Of a stretch of DNA of 64,000 nucleotides, positions 40,647 to 49,999 are shown in pieces. This DNA is from Parcubacteria group bacterium (GTDB lineage: Bacteria > Patescibacteriota > Minisyncoccia > SW-4-49-11), in NCBI GenBank assembly GCA_943354045.1, contig CALRBF010000004.1, positions 710 to 64,709 on the forward strand, in the 5' to 3' direction. The position numbers and the translations under genes are program-made. The notes under the pieces are model-generated. The model was not told the DNA's origin. It worked only from the letters and a program-made list of their open reading frames with translations, and made no database searches. The first letter of the stretch is position 1, and each line of letters begins with the position of its first letter.

Positions 40647-42074
40647 ATGGATAAAATATTTAAAAGGACAAAAATTGTTAGTACTCTTAGCCCTCGTGTA
40701 GCCACAGAGGAGTCTTTAACAGAATTTATTAAAGCAGGAGCGAATGTATTTCGGTTAAATTTTTCTCATGGGAGCTATGAGGAATATACTCAAATGATTC
40801 AAACTATTAAAAAAGTACGTAAAGATTTATCTCTTCCGGTAGCTATTTTGCAGGATTTACAAGGACCAAGAGTAAGAGTGGGGGCTCTTAGTAATCCATT
40901 AGATATTGTAGTGGGAGACACTATATATATTACGAATGATACAAATATATATCATTTTGAAGAAGGAGTTAAAGTATTACCAATTGATCATGATTTAAGT
41001 TCTATTTTAAAACCGGGTGAAACAGTATTAATAGAAGATGGATTAATTGAACTATTAGTATTGGAATCGCTTCCTGACCAACAATATACTATTGCTGAGG
41101 CAAAAACAAATTCTCAGATTAAAGGAAGAAAAGGAGTTAATTTCCCTGGTAGTTCCGTTAATTTCCCTGTTATCACTGATAAAGATAAAGCTGATTTGAG
41201 CTTTGGTTTGCAGCAAGGAGTTGATTTTATTGCGATGTCTTTTGTTCGCTCAGCCCAAGATATTAAAGAATTAAGAAAATTAATTGAATCAGATCCCAAT
41301 AAAACTAATAATCCTCTTATTATTGCAAAAATTGAAAAACCTGATGCAGTAGATCAAATTGACTCTATTATGGATGAAGTTGATGGTATTATGGTGGCAA
41401 GAGGAGATTTAGGTATTGAGGTTCAAGCTGAAAGAGTCCCCATTATTCAAAAACATATTATTGAACTTGCTCTACTTAAAGGAAAGCGTGTAATTGTTGC
41501 AACTCAAATGTTAGATTCTATGATTCGCAACCCTCGTCCAACTCGAGCCGAAGTTTCGGATGTCGCTAATGCGGTTATTGATCATACCGATGCAGTGATG
41601 TTGTCTGGGGAGACTTCAGGAGGAGCATATCCTCTAGAAGCAGTATTAATGATGCAAAGAATTATTACTGCAACAGAAGAATCATCATATGATAATTTTT
41701 TGGATGAATATATTGCAGGAGATGATTATAAAAATATTTATCGAGAACTTGCTTATGGTGCTCAGCATTTAGCCAGAGCTAGTGAAGTAGATGGAATTAT
41801 TATTATTGATAAAGAAGGAAAAGGTGTTGCTGAATATATGTCTCAATTTAGAGCGGAAATTCCTGTATTTGTTATTACAGAAAATCAAGAATACTTTTAT
41901 CATACTGCTTTAACTTGGGGGGTAATAGGATTATTACAAAAAGATAATAATCCTTATCAGCTAATTCAGAATATTCGCCAAGATCATTTTGATATTAATG
42001 TTGATGGGCATTACTTTGTAGTGGTGGATATTAGTGAGGTCGGAAGAGAATCTATACAGATGTTTTTTGTATAA
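40647..42074 (+). CDS. pyk: Pyruvate kinase
   Basis: [46 protein letters not shown], and [26 protein letters not shown]. Confidence 0.9.
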   Translation: MDKIFKRTKIVSTLSPRVATEESLTEFIKAGANVFRLNFSHGSYEEYTQMIQTIKKVRKDLSLPVAILQDLQGPRVRVGALSNPLDIVVGDTIYITNDTNIYHFEEGVKVLPIDHDLSSILKPGETVLIEDGLIELLVLESLPDQQYTIAEAKTNSQIKGRKGVNFPGSSVNFPVITDKDKADLSFGLQQGVDFIAMSFVRSAQDIKELRKLIESDPNKTNNPLIIAKIEKPDAVDQIDSIMDEVDGIMVARGDLGIEVQAERVPIIQKHIIELALLKGKRVIVATQMLDSMIRNPRPTRAEVSDVANAVIDHTDAVMLSGETSGGAYPLEAVLMMQRIITATEESSYDNFLDEYIAGDDYKNIYRELAYGAQHLARASEVDGIIIIDKEGKGVAEYMSQFRAEIPVFVITENQEYFYHTALTWGVIGLLQKDNNPYQLIQNIRQDHFDINVDGHYFVVVDISEVGRESIQMFFV

Positions 42075-42077
42075 ATT

Positions 42078-42106
42078 TTGACAAGACAGCAAATATAAGG
42101 TAATAT
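42078..42106 (+). promoter_or_regulatory. Promoter for secE-nusG (TTGACA-17 nt-TAATAT)
   Basis: ttgaca at 42078-42083, a 17-nt spacer, then taatat at 42101-42106, 11 nt upstream of secE. Confidence 0.5.
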
Positions 42107-42117
42107 TAAAATTACTA

Positions 42118-42312
42118 TTGAAGAATATTATGATAGCACCAATACAATATATTAAAGAGTCCCAAGTTGAGATCAAAAAAGTTACTTGGCCAACTCGAGA
42201 AAAAGCATTTCAATATACTAGTATTGTTGCTATTATCTCTATTGTCTCTATGATTGTATTAGGTGGATTAGATATATTCTTCAACTTTATTCTCAAAACA
42301 TTTATTCTCTAA
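42118..42312 (+). CDS. secE: Preprotein translocase subunit SecE
   Basis: A 64-aa single-TM protein, KKVTWPTREKAFQYTSIVAIISIVSMIVLGGLD, immediately upstream of nusG. Confidence 0.8.
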   Translation: MKNIMIAPIQYIKESQVEIKKVTWPTREKAFQYTSIVAIISIVSMIVLGGLDIFFNFILKTFIL

Positions 42313-42326
42313 TTTAGACTTTCTAT

Positions 42327-42875
42327 ATGGCAAAGCAACATCCTATTAGTACGGAAAAAAATTGGTATGTTATTCATAGTGTATCAGGACTAGAAGATAA
42401 TGTGGCACAAAATTTAAAAAAAAGAATAGAATCTCTTTCTATGGAGGAGTATATCTTTGATGTTGTTGTTCCTAAAGAGAAGAAAATTAAAATTAAGAAT
42501 GGAAAAAGAGTTACAGTAGAAGAGAGAATTTTCCCTGGATATGTGTTTGTAGAAATGATTGTAACAGATAATTCTTGGTATGTGGTGCGAAATACTCCCA
42601 ATGTAACTGGATTTATTGGAGCGGGGACAACCCCAATCCCTGTATCTCCTGATGAAATGCATTTTATTGAAAAGAAAGTAACTAAAGAAGAGCCTAAATA
42701 TACTCTTAATATCGATATTGATGATTTGGTCAAAATTACTGATGGACCATTTAAAGATTTTGAAGGAAAAGTATCAGAAGTTGATGAATCAAAAGGGAAA
42801 TTGAAGGTATTAGTAAATATGTTTGGAAGAAATACTCCCGTAGAACTTGATTCACTACAAATTAGAAAAGTATAG
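42327..42875 (+). CDS. nusG: Transcription termination/antitermination factor NusG
   Basis: NGN domain KNWYVIHSVSGLEDNVAQNLKKRIE, FPGYVFVEM, and a C-terminal KOW GPFKDFEGKVSEVDESKGKLKVLVNMFGRNTPVEL. Confidence 0.9.
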   Translation: MAKQHPISTEKNWYVIHSVSGLEDNVAQNLKKRIESLSMEEYIFDVVVPKEKKIKIKNGKRVTVEERIFPGYVFVEMIVTDNSWYVVRNTPNVTGFIGAGTTPIPVSPDEMHFIEKKVTKEEPKYTLNIDIDDLVKITDGPFKDFEGKVSEVDESKGKLKVLVNMFGRNTPVELDSLQIRKV

Positions 42876-42891
42876 TACTCGATTTGAGTAT

Positions 42892-43212
42892 ATGAAACAT
42901 TTTACAAAAACTCTAGAAGATTTTATTTGTAAAAACTGTGGATTGTCTGTATATGGCAATGGGTATACTAATCATTGTCCAAAATGTTTATATTCTCTTC
43001 ATGTAGATAATTACCCAGGAGATAGGAAAGAGAATTGTCATGGTTTAATGAAGCCAATAGATATAGTATCTAAAGGAGGATATCCTGTAGATATTATTCA
43101 TGAGTGTCAAATATGCCATACTATTAAGCATAATAAAGTTAATGATACTGATTCAACGGACACTATTATTAAAGTAATGAAAGAGAAGGTTAAAAAAGAA
43201 ATGATGCGATAA
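42892..43212 (+). CDS. Cys-rich zinc-ribbon protein, RNHCP-domain-like
   Basis: CKNCG...TNHCPKC...NCHG...ECQICH. The TNHCP motif resembles the RNHCP family signature. ATG 42892 is chosen over the track's upstream start, which overlaps nusG. Confidence 0.45.
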   Translation: MKHFTKTLEDFICKNCGLSVYGNGYTNHCPKCLYSLHVDNYPGDRKENCHGLMKPIDIVSKGGYPVDIIHECQICHTIKHNKVNDTDSTDTIIKVMKEKVKKEMMR

Positions 43213-43242
43213 TATCTTATATATTATTGATTTGTGATATAC

Positions 43243-43253
43243 TAAAATAAGGA
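43243..43253 (+). promoter_or_regulatory. Extended -10 promoter element (TGTGATATACT) for histidine kinase 1
   Basis: TG-n-TATACT 15 nt downstream of a TTGATT -35-like hexamer, 14 nt upstream of the ATG. The same TGTGATA-type element precedes the next two transcription units. Confidence 0.4.
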
Positions 43254-43267
43254 TTAAAAATTAATAT

Positions 43268-44956
43268 ATGGAATATATAAGTGAATTGTTATCAATAGGA
43301 TTATTGATATTGAGCGGGATGATTAATTTGGTCTTAGGAATATTCATTTATTTTTTTGCTTATAAATTATCTCAAGGTAAATATGTTTCCTCTAAATATC
43401 TGGCCTATCTTTGTTTTGGGATATTTACTTGGGCTTTATGGCAAATACTTGCAACTATATATTTTTATCCTCTAGGAAATGTCTGGGGTATATATATTAC
43501 TAATATGGCTATTCATATTACTATTATTAGTATTGTACAGGCATTAGTTTTTTTTGGTCTATCCTTTCATAATACTCAGCGTACATTTCATAAATATCAA
43601 TTTTTATACTACCCTTATATTTTGGTTGCAATAGTAATACTTATGCCACAGTTTGGAATATTACAACTAAATACGACTAATCCTATAGCTTATCAATCAC
43701 TCCCATATTATATATTTATCATCTATATTCTAATCTATAGTATTATATATGTCTCTTTATTAGCACATCGTTACACAAGAGTTACTAGTAATATTGCAAA
43801 GAGACATATACAAATTATATTAGTAGGAACAATATTTAGTTTGGTATCAGCATTTATTACTAATATTGTTTTCCCATCTATATTTGATAACACTCAATTT
43901 ATTTATTACGGTCCAATTGCAACAGTAATATTATCTGTAACGGTACTATTTGCTATTATTCATTATAGATTATTTGATATACAGCTTCCAATTGCAGGTC
44001 TGATGACAATATTAGTTATTACTGTGGTATTATTAATTATACAATTTATTATTAATAATAATTTTTTTGAAGGAATACAATCAACTACGTTAGTAGTATT
44101 TATGTTTACTTGTTTATATACATTTTTAAGTAGAGAAGCTTATATGGGAGCTCAAAAACAAGTTGTTTTGGATAATAAAAAGAAAGAATTAGAAATTGCC
44201 CTTGATTCCAAAAATGATTTTCTTAAAAATGCTTCTCATCAGTTAAGAACTCCATTAACGGTAATACAGGGGTATTTAGCCATGATTACAGGTAAAGAAA
44301 ATCCAAAATATGAATTAAATCAAGTATCATTAGGTGATTTACAAAAAACATATATTAGTGCAAAAAATTTAAATGAAATTATTAATAATCTATTAGCTGC
44401 TAGTGATGTCAATACAGGTCGTTTTGGTATTAATATCAAAGATACTATTGATCTAAAACAATTAATTGAAACTATTATTGAGGAAAAACATGAATTATTG
44501 AATAGCAAGGCAACAAAAATAGTATTTAAAAGTAAAGGATTAGGAATGCAAGCATTGGTAGACAGGGGTAAACTAAAGGAAGCCCTTAATAATATCATTG
44601 ATAATGCAGTATTTTATGGGAGGGGAAAAATCAATATTACTCTTGATACCAAGGGAAAAGAATTTTTCATCATATCTGTTCAAGATAATGGAGTAGGTAT
44701 TACTAAAGAAGATGCTAAGAAAATTTGGAAAAAATTTGAAAGGGGAAAGAAATCATCTCTTATTAATCCAAATGGATCGGGATTAGGTCTATATTTAGCA
44801 AAGCAAATTATGCTGAAACATGGGGGTGATATTGAGGCTCATTCAGATGGGCGAGATCAAGGTAGTATATTTATATTTACTCTTCCAAAGGATGTGTTAA
44901 CTCATGCTCCAGCAGAATCATTTGGTATTAATATACCTCAAACTACGCAAGGGTAG
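43268..44956 (+). CDS. Sensor histidine kinase with an 8-9 TM N-terminal domain (orphan, paralogue 1)
   Basis: H-box NASHQLRTPLTVIQGYLAMI, N-box ALNNIIDNAVFYG, G1 VQDNGVGITKED, G2 GSGLGLYLAKQIM. The N-terminal 290 aa are polytopic with no periplasmic domain. Confidence 0.85.
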   Translation: MEYISELLSIGLLILSGMINLVLGIFIYFFAYKLSQGKYVSSKYLAYLCFGIFTWALWQILATIYFYPLGNVWGIYITNMAIHITIISIVQALVFFGLSFHNTQRTFHKYQFLYYPYILVAIVILMPQFGILQLNTTNPIAYQSLPYYIFIIYILIYSIIYVSLLAHRYTRVTSNIAKRHIQIILVGTIFSLVSAFITNIVFPSIFDNTQFIYYGPIATVILSVTVLFAIIHYRLFDIQLPIAGLMTILVITVVLLIIQFIINNNFFEGIQSTTLVVFMFTCLYTFLSREAYMGAQKQVVLDNKKKELEIALDSKNDFLKNASHQLRTPLTVIQGYLAMITGKENPKYELNQVSLGDLQKTYISAKNLNEIINNLLAASDVNTGRFGINIKDTIDLKQLIETIIEEKHELLNSKATKIVFKSKGLGMQALVDRGKLKEALNNIIDNAVFYGRGKINITLDTKGKEFFIISVQDNGVGITKEDAKKIWKKFERGKKSSLINPNGSGLGLYLAKQIMLKHGGDIEAHSDGRDQGSIFIFTLPKDVLTHAPAESFGINIPQTTQG

Positions 44957-44966
44957 TATTCTTCTA

Positions 44967-44977
44967 TGTGATATGGT
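44967..44977 (+). promoter_or_regulatory. Extended -10-like element (TGTGATATGGT) upstream of the ABC-F gene
   Basis: Same TGTGATA motif, 27 nt upstream of the ATG. Confidence 0.3.
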
Positions 44978-45004
44978 ATGATGAAGCCATTCTAAAGCTA
45001 TATT

Positions 45005-46615
45005 ATGTCGAAACAATTATATATTACGACCAATTCAATTGGATTTAGGCATCACTTAAAACAAGTTTTGCAAGATATCTCAGTAACTATTCACCAAGGA
45101 GATAAAATTGCTTTAGTTGGAGATAATGGAACAGGCAAGACTACTTTATTAAAGATTATTGCAAATCTCATTAAACCAACTCGGGGTGTCGTTGAGGAAT
45201 TAGACTCTGTATGGTATTTACCTCAATTAGATTTGGAAATATTTCAGTCAAATATACCTATTTCAGAATATATATCCCAATTTATAGAGGACTGGTGGGA
45301 AGTTATTGATCTTATTGAATATACATTTAATTTTAGTATTGATGCTAGTCAAGAACTTAATACCTTAAGTGGGGGAGAAATTGTAAAATTACATTTAGGT
45401 ATTATCTTTTATATCAAACCAAAAGTATTATTATTAGATGAGCCTACCAATCATTTAGATATACAGGCTCAAGAATGGTTAGTAAAAGCTATTCAGGAGT
45501 ATCCATATAGCGTATTAATTGCCTCTCATGACACCTCTTTTGCTGATAGGGTAGTAAATAGAGTATGGGAATTAGAAGATGGTCATATAAGAGAGTTCGG
45601 AGGAAATGTATCATTTTATCGAGAGCAAAAACGTTTAGAAAGTGAAGCTAGATTACGTCGTTATGAAGTAGCTTTAAAAGATAAAAAACGTTTAGATAAA
45701 TCAGTAGCATTGGAGCAGAAAAGACAAGAACAAAATATACAAGTTGGAATTAAAAGTAGGCAGGATAGAAGCGTATCTCGAATGGATAGAGGATATCTCA
45801 AAAGTAAGGCTCAAATGAGAGCGGGGCAAAAAAAGATAATGTATGATTCTCGGCTAGAAGATAACAAGGAAGTTCTTCATGAATTGGAGCCACAAATAAA
45901 GCGAGATGTAAGATATTATGTCCCTCATCAGACAATACAAACTCAAGAAGTCATTCTTAATATTCGTGATGGTATTGTAAAAGTTGCTGAAAAATTACTT
46001 ATCCAAGATATTCGATTCCAAGTCTCAAGTGGAGACAGAATTGCTTTAATTGGAGGGAATGGAACTGGTAAAAGTCAATTTTTTCATATGCTCATGAAAA
46101 GGCAATTATCTTCCGGTATATTAGAAATTAAAGATAAGATCAATATTGTATATATGGATCAAACATATGCAATTGTTTCTCCCCATAAGACTATATTAGA
46201 AAATATGAGAGATTATAATCCCAAAGCCTCTATGATGACAATTCGTCAAAAATTAAGAGAGTTTTTGTTCTGGGATGATTATCAGGTAAATCAATATGCA
46301 GAAAATTTATCTGGAGGACAAGTAGCAAGACTCGCCTTTGCAATGATTAGTTTGCAACCATTAGACATATTATTATTAGATGAGCCTACAAATAATCTTG
46401 ATATTTCAACACAGGAAGCAATTATTCAAGGACTCTTAACCTATAAAGGAGCTTTAATTATTATTTCTCATTCACTTGATTTTTTGAATCGAGTAGGAGT
46501 TCAAGATATATATTGTATTGCCAATCAGCAATATATTAAGCATCCGTATCAAATTGAAGATGAAAGATTTCATAGTAAATTATTAGAAATAATTGGGAAT
46601 GGAATTGTCTCTTAA
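45005..46615 (+). CDS. ABC-F family ATPase (two ABC domains with an interdomain linker, no TM domain)
   Basis: Walker A GDNGTGKTT and GGNGTGKSQ. Signatures LSGGEIVKL and LSGGQVARL. Walker B LLLDEPTNHLD and LLLDEPTNNLD. A roughly 90-aa Arg/Lys-rich linker (PtIM-like). Confidence 0.85.
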   Translation: MSKQLYITTNSIGFRHHLKQVLQDISVTIHQGDKIALVGDNGTGKTTLLKIIANLIKPTRGVVEELDSVWYLPQLDLEIFQSNIPISEYISQFIEDWWEVIDLIEYTFNFSIDASQELNTLSGGEIVKLHLGIIFYIKPKVLLLDEPTNHLDIQAQEWLVKAIQEYPYSVLIASHDTSFADRVVNRVWELEDGHIREFGGNVSFYREQKRLESEARLRRYEVALKDKKRLDKSVALEQKRQEQNIQVGIKSRQDRSVSRMDRGYLKSKAQMRAGQKKIMYDSRLEDNKEVLHELEPQIKRDVRYYVPHQTIQTQEVILNIRDGIVKVAEKLLIQDIRFQVSSGDRIALIGGNGTGKSQFFHMLMKRQLSSGILEIKDKINIVYMDQTYAIVSPHKTILENMRDYNPKASMMTIRQKLREFLFWDDYQVNQYAENLSGGQVARLAFAMISLQPLDILLLDEPTNNLDISTQEAIIQGLLTYKGALIIISHSLDFLNRVGVQDIYCIANQQYIKHPYQIEDERFHSKLLEIIGNGIVS

Positions 46616-46617
46616 AT

Positions 46618-46628
46618 TGTGATAATAT
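46618..46628 (+). promoter_or_regulatory. Extended -10 promoter element (TGTGATAATAT) for histidine kinases 2-3
   Basis: TG-n-TAATAT 28 nt upstream of the ATG at 46657. Confidence 0.35.
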
Positions 46629-46656
46629 AAATATATAGAATCAAATATAAATAAAG

Positions 46657-48255
46657 ATGATTTATAGTATCTTATCATTGGGGCTTATTGCAATACTTAG
46701 TATTGCTTGGGCTTTAGTGTATAAAAAAAATCATATTATTGTATCAAAATGGCTGCTTTTTCCTTTAACTGGGGGTATTGTATGGACATTTGGTTGGCTT
46801 GGAATCCATATTATCCTTTCTAGGTCAGATTTTTTTTCAGAGTCTCTCTACATAATATTCCAACAAATTATGTTCTCAGGACTTATTGCTGTACCATTAG
46901 GTCTTATTATAGCGGTATTATATTATCCATATAATACTACGCATAAGGTGTATAAAAATAGGATATCATATATTATTAGTATTTTGTATATATTGTGTTT
47001 GATCCCAATTTATAGCACATTCTATCTGGTTCAAGATATTAATATAAGTATAAATGGATTATCATCAGAATACGGGCCTTTATTTCAATACTATCAGATA
47101 GGATGGGGGGGGGCTCTATTTATTGGTATTATAGTCATTATAAGTCGATTAAAGCATATTCAAAAAAAGAAAGACAAAATAGTATCATTGTATTTTATTA
47201 TAGGGTATTTTATCACTATCATAGGGTACATTACTAGCACATTATTTATTTTTATTCAAGGGGATAGTACTTTTATGAAATATAGCCCACTTTTATTACT
47301 GGTCTGGATTGGATTTATTGTAATAGGAGCTATTCAATATAAATTAGTTGACTCAAAAATATTTTTATCTCAACTTATTATTATATGGGCAATAATTATT
47401 ATCACCGTTATCACATTAAGTAATACATCATTAGTAGTTTTTATTATAGATATATTATTTTTGATGGTATTTAGCATATTAGGAATTATTCTTATTCAGA
47501 CTTTGCAAAAATCATTATATACCAAGAAATATTTGAATCGCGATAATCGTAAATTACAAAAATTTATTGATGTAAAAGACAATTTTTTAAGAATGACAAC
47601 ACATCAATTAAGAACTCCAGTAATTATTCTAGACGAATATACCAGTAATTTAGTAGATAAAATACCTAAGAGTCAATCTCATGAAGTAGACTATTTACAT
47701 AAAATTCTCATTAATAATTATCGATTAAAAGAAGTAATGGAAGATTTAACTTTAACCTATGCTATAGAAGCTAAAAAATTTGAATTAAATCATATTGTGC
47801 CAGTCGATATTTCTCTTATTATAGAGCATGTAATTAAGGATATTCAAACATCTCAAAAATATCTTGATATTATAATACGCCTAGATAAGGCTAATAGAAA
47901 TTATATCATTAATGGGGATACATATTATTTAGAATTAGCTTTCAAAAAAGTGATACAAAATGCTTATATATTTGCTAATAAAGAAATTATAATACGTCTG
48001 CGAACTAATAGAGATCAAATTCTGATCTCTATTATAGATGATGGAATTGGCATTAATAAAGATGATTTGAGGCAATTATTTCTCCCCTTTATACGTGGGA
48101 CTAAGGCTCCAGTATTGAATCCAGACGGTTCTGGTCTTGGTATTTATTTAGTAAAAAATATTATTGATAGTCATGAGGGGGATTTTGTATTGAAAAGTAA
48201 AGGTGAGAATTTGGGGTCGGAGGCAATCATTATTCTTCCTAAAAACACAGTATGA
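46657..48255 (+). CDS. Sensor histidine kinase with a polytopic N-terminal domain (orphan, paralogue 2)
   Basis: H-box MTTHQLRTPVIILDEY, N-box AFKKVIQNAYIFAN, G1 IIDDGIGINKDD, G2 GSGLGIYLVKNII. Confidence 0.85.
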   Translation: MIYSILSLGLIAILSIAWALVYKKNHIIVSKWLLFPLTGGIVWTFGWLGIHIILSRSDFFSESLYIIFQQIMFSGLIAVPLGLIIAVLYYPYNTTHKVYKNRISYIISILYILCLIPIYSTFYLVQDINISINGLSSEYGPLFQYYQIGWGGALFIGIIVIISRLKHIQKKKDKIVSLYFIIGYFITIIGYITSTLFIFIQGDSTFMKYSPLLLLVWIGFIVIGAIQYKLVDSKIFLSQLIIIWAIIIITVITLSNTSLVVFIIDILFLMVFSILGIILIQTLQKSLYTKKYLNRDNRKLQKFIDVKDNFLRMTTHQLRTPVIILDEYTSNLVDKIPKSQSHEVDYLHKILINNYRLKEVMEDLTLTYAIEAKKFELNHIVPVDISLIIEHVIKDIQTSQKYLDIIIRLDKANRNYIINGDTYYLELAFKKVIQNAYIFANKEIIIRLRTNRDQILISIIDDGIGINKDDLRQLFLPFIRGTKAPVLNPDGSGLGIYLVKNIIDSHEGDFVLKSKGENLGSEAIIILPKNTV

Positions 48256-49889
48256 ACACAGATTCACTCTATATTATAGAAGTATTATTAGGATCAATCG
48301 GAGGTGTATTAAGTTTAGCTTTGGGGGTATTTTGTATTGTACTATATAGGGGGGTTATCAAGCAATATATTGTCAAACATCAATATGTAGGATGGTTTGG
48401 ATTATTATTAATTGCAACAGGAATTTGGGCATTGTGTGAGGTATGGAATGAACAGTATTTTTTTGGAGGATATGAATTGGCTCTTACCTATGGAATTGGA
48501 ACAACTTTACCCCTAATATTTTATATTTTTGTTAAATCATTAGATAATAGCCTGAAATGGAATTGGAAATTATTTCTTTTTATTTTCCTACAAACAAGTG
48601 TTATCTTATATTTAATTCATCCACAATATGGAATAGTAAATTATATATATACTATTCCTAGCCTACGATTAGGATCCTTCCAACATTTTGTATTTGTATT
48701 CTATATGTTAGGAGCAAGTTTTCTTGGATTATCATATTTATTAAAAATCATACGTACAAAAACTATTAGTTATGCTAAAGGTGTATTTATAGCTGTAGCG
48801 ATACCTTTTATCATTGTGGCAACTACTAATATTCTCATACCCTTTATATTTCTTGATAATTCTTATCATCGTATTGGCCCGTTTGGATTAGTATTGATGG
48901 CTATTTATATCACTTATATTATTATTAAACAGGAGGCTTTAAAAATACCCATTATTCTATTTGAATTATATGCACTTGGAACTATTCTTGTGACAGCAAT
49001 TGCAGTACAAATAGGATTAATATTGTTTGGAGTTACGAGTATTTTTCAACCAGAAAGAATAGTACTAATTATTATATTAAGTATTATTATAGTCGTATTA
49101 ATGAGACAAACATTGAGAGGATTAGAAGATGCAACTTTGGTAGAAAAAGTTCATCAAGAATTAAAATCTTCAATTAAGGCAAAGAATCAATTTATTCAAA
49201 TATCTTCACATCAATTAAGAACACCTCTAACAGCTATTAAAGGATATTTATCTTTATTAAGAGAAAATCATCTTAATAAAGATGATGCTATTGGTCATTA
49301 TATGATACAAATGAATATAATTGTGCAAAATATGTCGACTATAGTAGAAGATGTTTTGAATGTAAATTCTCTTAATTCAGGAGATTTTAGTATACGTTTA
49401 GATGATGTATTCGACTTAAAAAAAGAATTAAATGAAACTATTGAGAATAAATCATTCTTAATGAATAAATTAAATATTCGCTTTATGTATACGGTCAAGG
49501 GGGATGATTTTATCATAAAAGGAGATGAGGTTAAAATACGCGAAGTTCTGAATAATGGGATTGATAATGCCTTGCAATATGGAAAAGATAAGATCAATAT
49601 ACAACTTATTAGTAATAAAAAAAGAATACAAATAAAAATACAAGATAATGGTATTGGCATTACTCCTGCAGAGCAGAAAATTATTTTTAAGCCCTATAAA
49701 AGAGGTGAATATGCGCAGCAAATACGGCGCGACGGCACAGGTCTTGGTTTACATTTGATTAAATTGATTATAGAAGCTCATAAAGGTACTGTGAGTATAA
49801 AAAGTGAAGGAAGAGATAAGGGGAGTACATTGATAATAACTATTCCAAGAACTCATCAATATAATAAAAAAGGGAACAAAGACAAATAA
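48252..49889 (+). CDS. Sensor histidine kinase with a polytopic N-terminal domain (orphan, paralogue 3)
   Basis: Overlaps the previous stop by 4 nt. H-box ISSHQLRTPLTAIKGYLSLL, N-box VLNNGIDNALQYG, G1 IQDNGIGITPAE, G2 GTGLGLHLIKLII. Confidence 0.85.
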   Translation: MNTDSLYIIEVLLGSIGGVLSLALGVFCIVLYRGVIKQYIVKHQYVGWFGLLLIATGIWALCEVWNEQYFFGGYELALTYGIGTTLPLIFYIFVKSLDNSLKWNWKLFLFIFLQTSVILYLIHPQYGIVNYIYTIPSLRLGSFQHFVFVFYMLGASFLGLSYLLKIIRTKTISYAKGVFIAVAIPFIIVATTNILIPFIFLDNSYHRIGPFGLVLMAIYITYIIIKQEALKIPIILFELYALGTILVTAIAVQIGLILFGVTSIFQPERIVLIIILSIIIVVLMRQTLRGLEDATLVEKVHQELKSSIKAKNQFIQISSHQLRTPLTAIKGYLSLLRENHLNKDDAIGHYMIQMNIIVQNMSTIVEDVLNVNSLNSGDFSIRLDDVFDLKKELNETIENKSFLMNKLNIRFMYTVKGDDFIIKGDEVKIREVLNNGIDNALQYGKDKINIQLISNKKRIQIKIQDNGIGITPAEQKIIFKPYKRGEYAQQIRRDGTGLGLHLIKLIIEAHKGTVSIKSEGRDKGSTLIITIPRTHQYNKKGNKDK

Positions 49890-49902
49890 TTAAGTTTTAC
49901 TC

Positions 49903-49931
49903 TTGACTAAATTCTAAATATAGTTTAGAAT
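49903..49931 (+). promoter_or_regulatory. Promoter for tuf and the S10 cluster (TTGACT-17 nt-TAGAAT)
   Basis: ttgact at 49903-49908, a 17-nt spacer, then tagaat at 49926-49931, about 70 nt upstream of tuf. Confidence 0.5.
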
Positions 49932-49999
49932 AGTTCAGAGTGTGTTTAACTCGACAGTGTTTTTATTCAGTTGAACAATAATAATTAAAGTATACTTCT

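Noticed and set aside
42847-42891. Upstream start (42847) for the Cys-rich protein, overlapping nusG by 29 nt.
   Set aside because: The internal ATG at 42892 lies just past the nusG stop and begins directly at the zinc-ribbon domain. The extension has no features.
45005-46615. Calling the ABC-F protein an antibiotic-resistance (ARE) determinant because of its long interdomain linker.
   Set aside because: Linker length alone (about 90 aa) does not discriminate ARE from housekeeping EttA/YdiF-type ABC-F proteins. No resistance-gene context (no mobile elements or leader peptide) is visible.
43243-46628. TGTGATA motif upstream of kinase 1, the ABC-F and kinase 2 as a dedicated transcription-factor operator.
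   Set aside because: Each instance reads naturally as an extended -10 promoter (TG-n-TATACT, TG-n-TAATAT). The same TGTGATAAAAT form occurs at the rplR internal promoter (58774-58785). The 7-mer is expected several times per 64 kb by chance at this base composition. Kept only as a low-interest finding.
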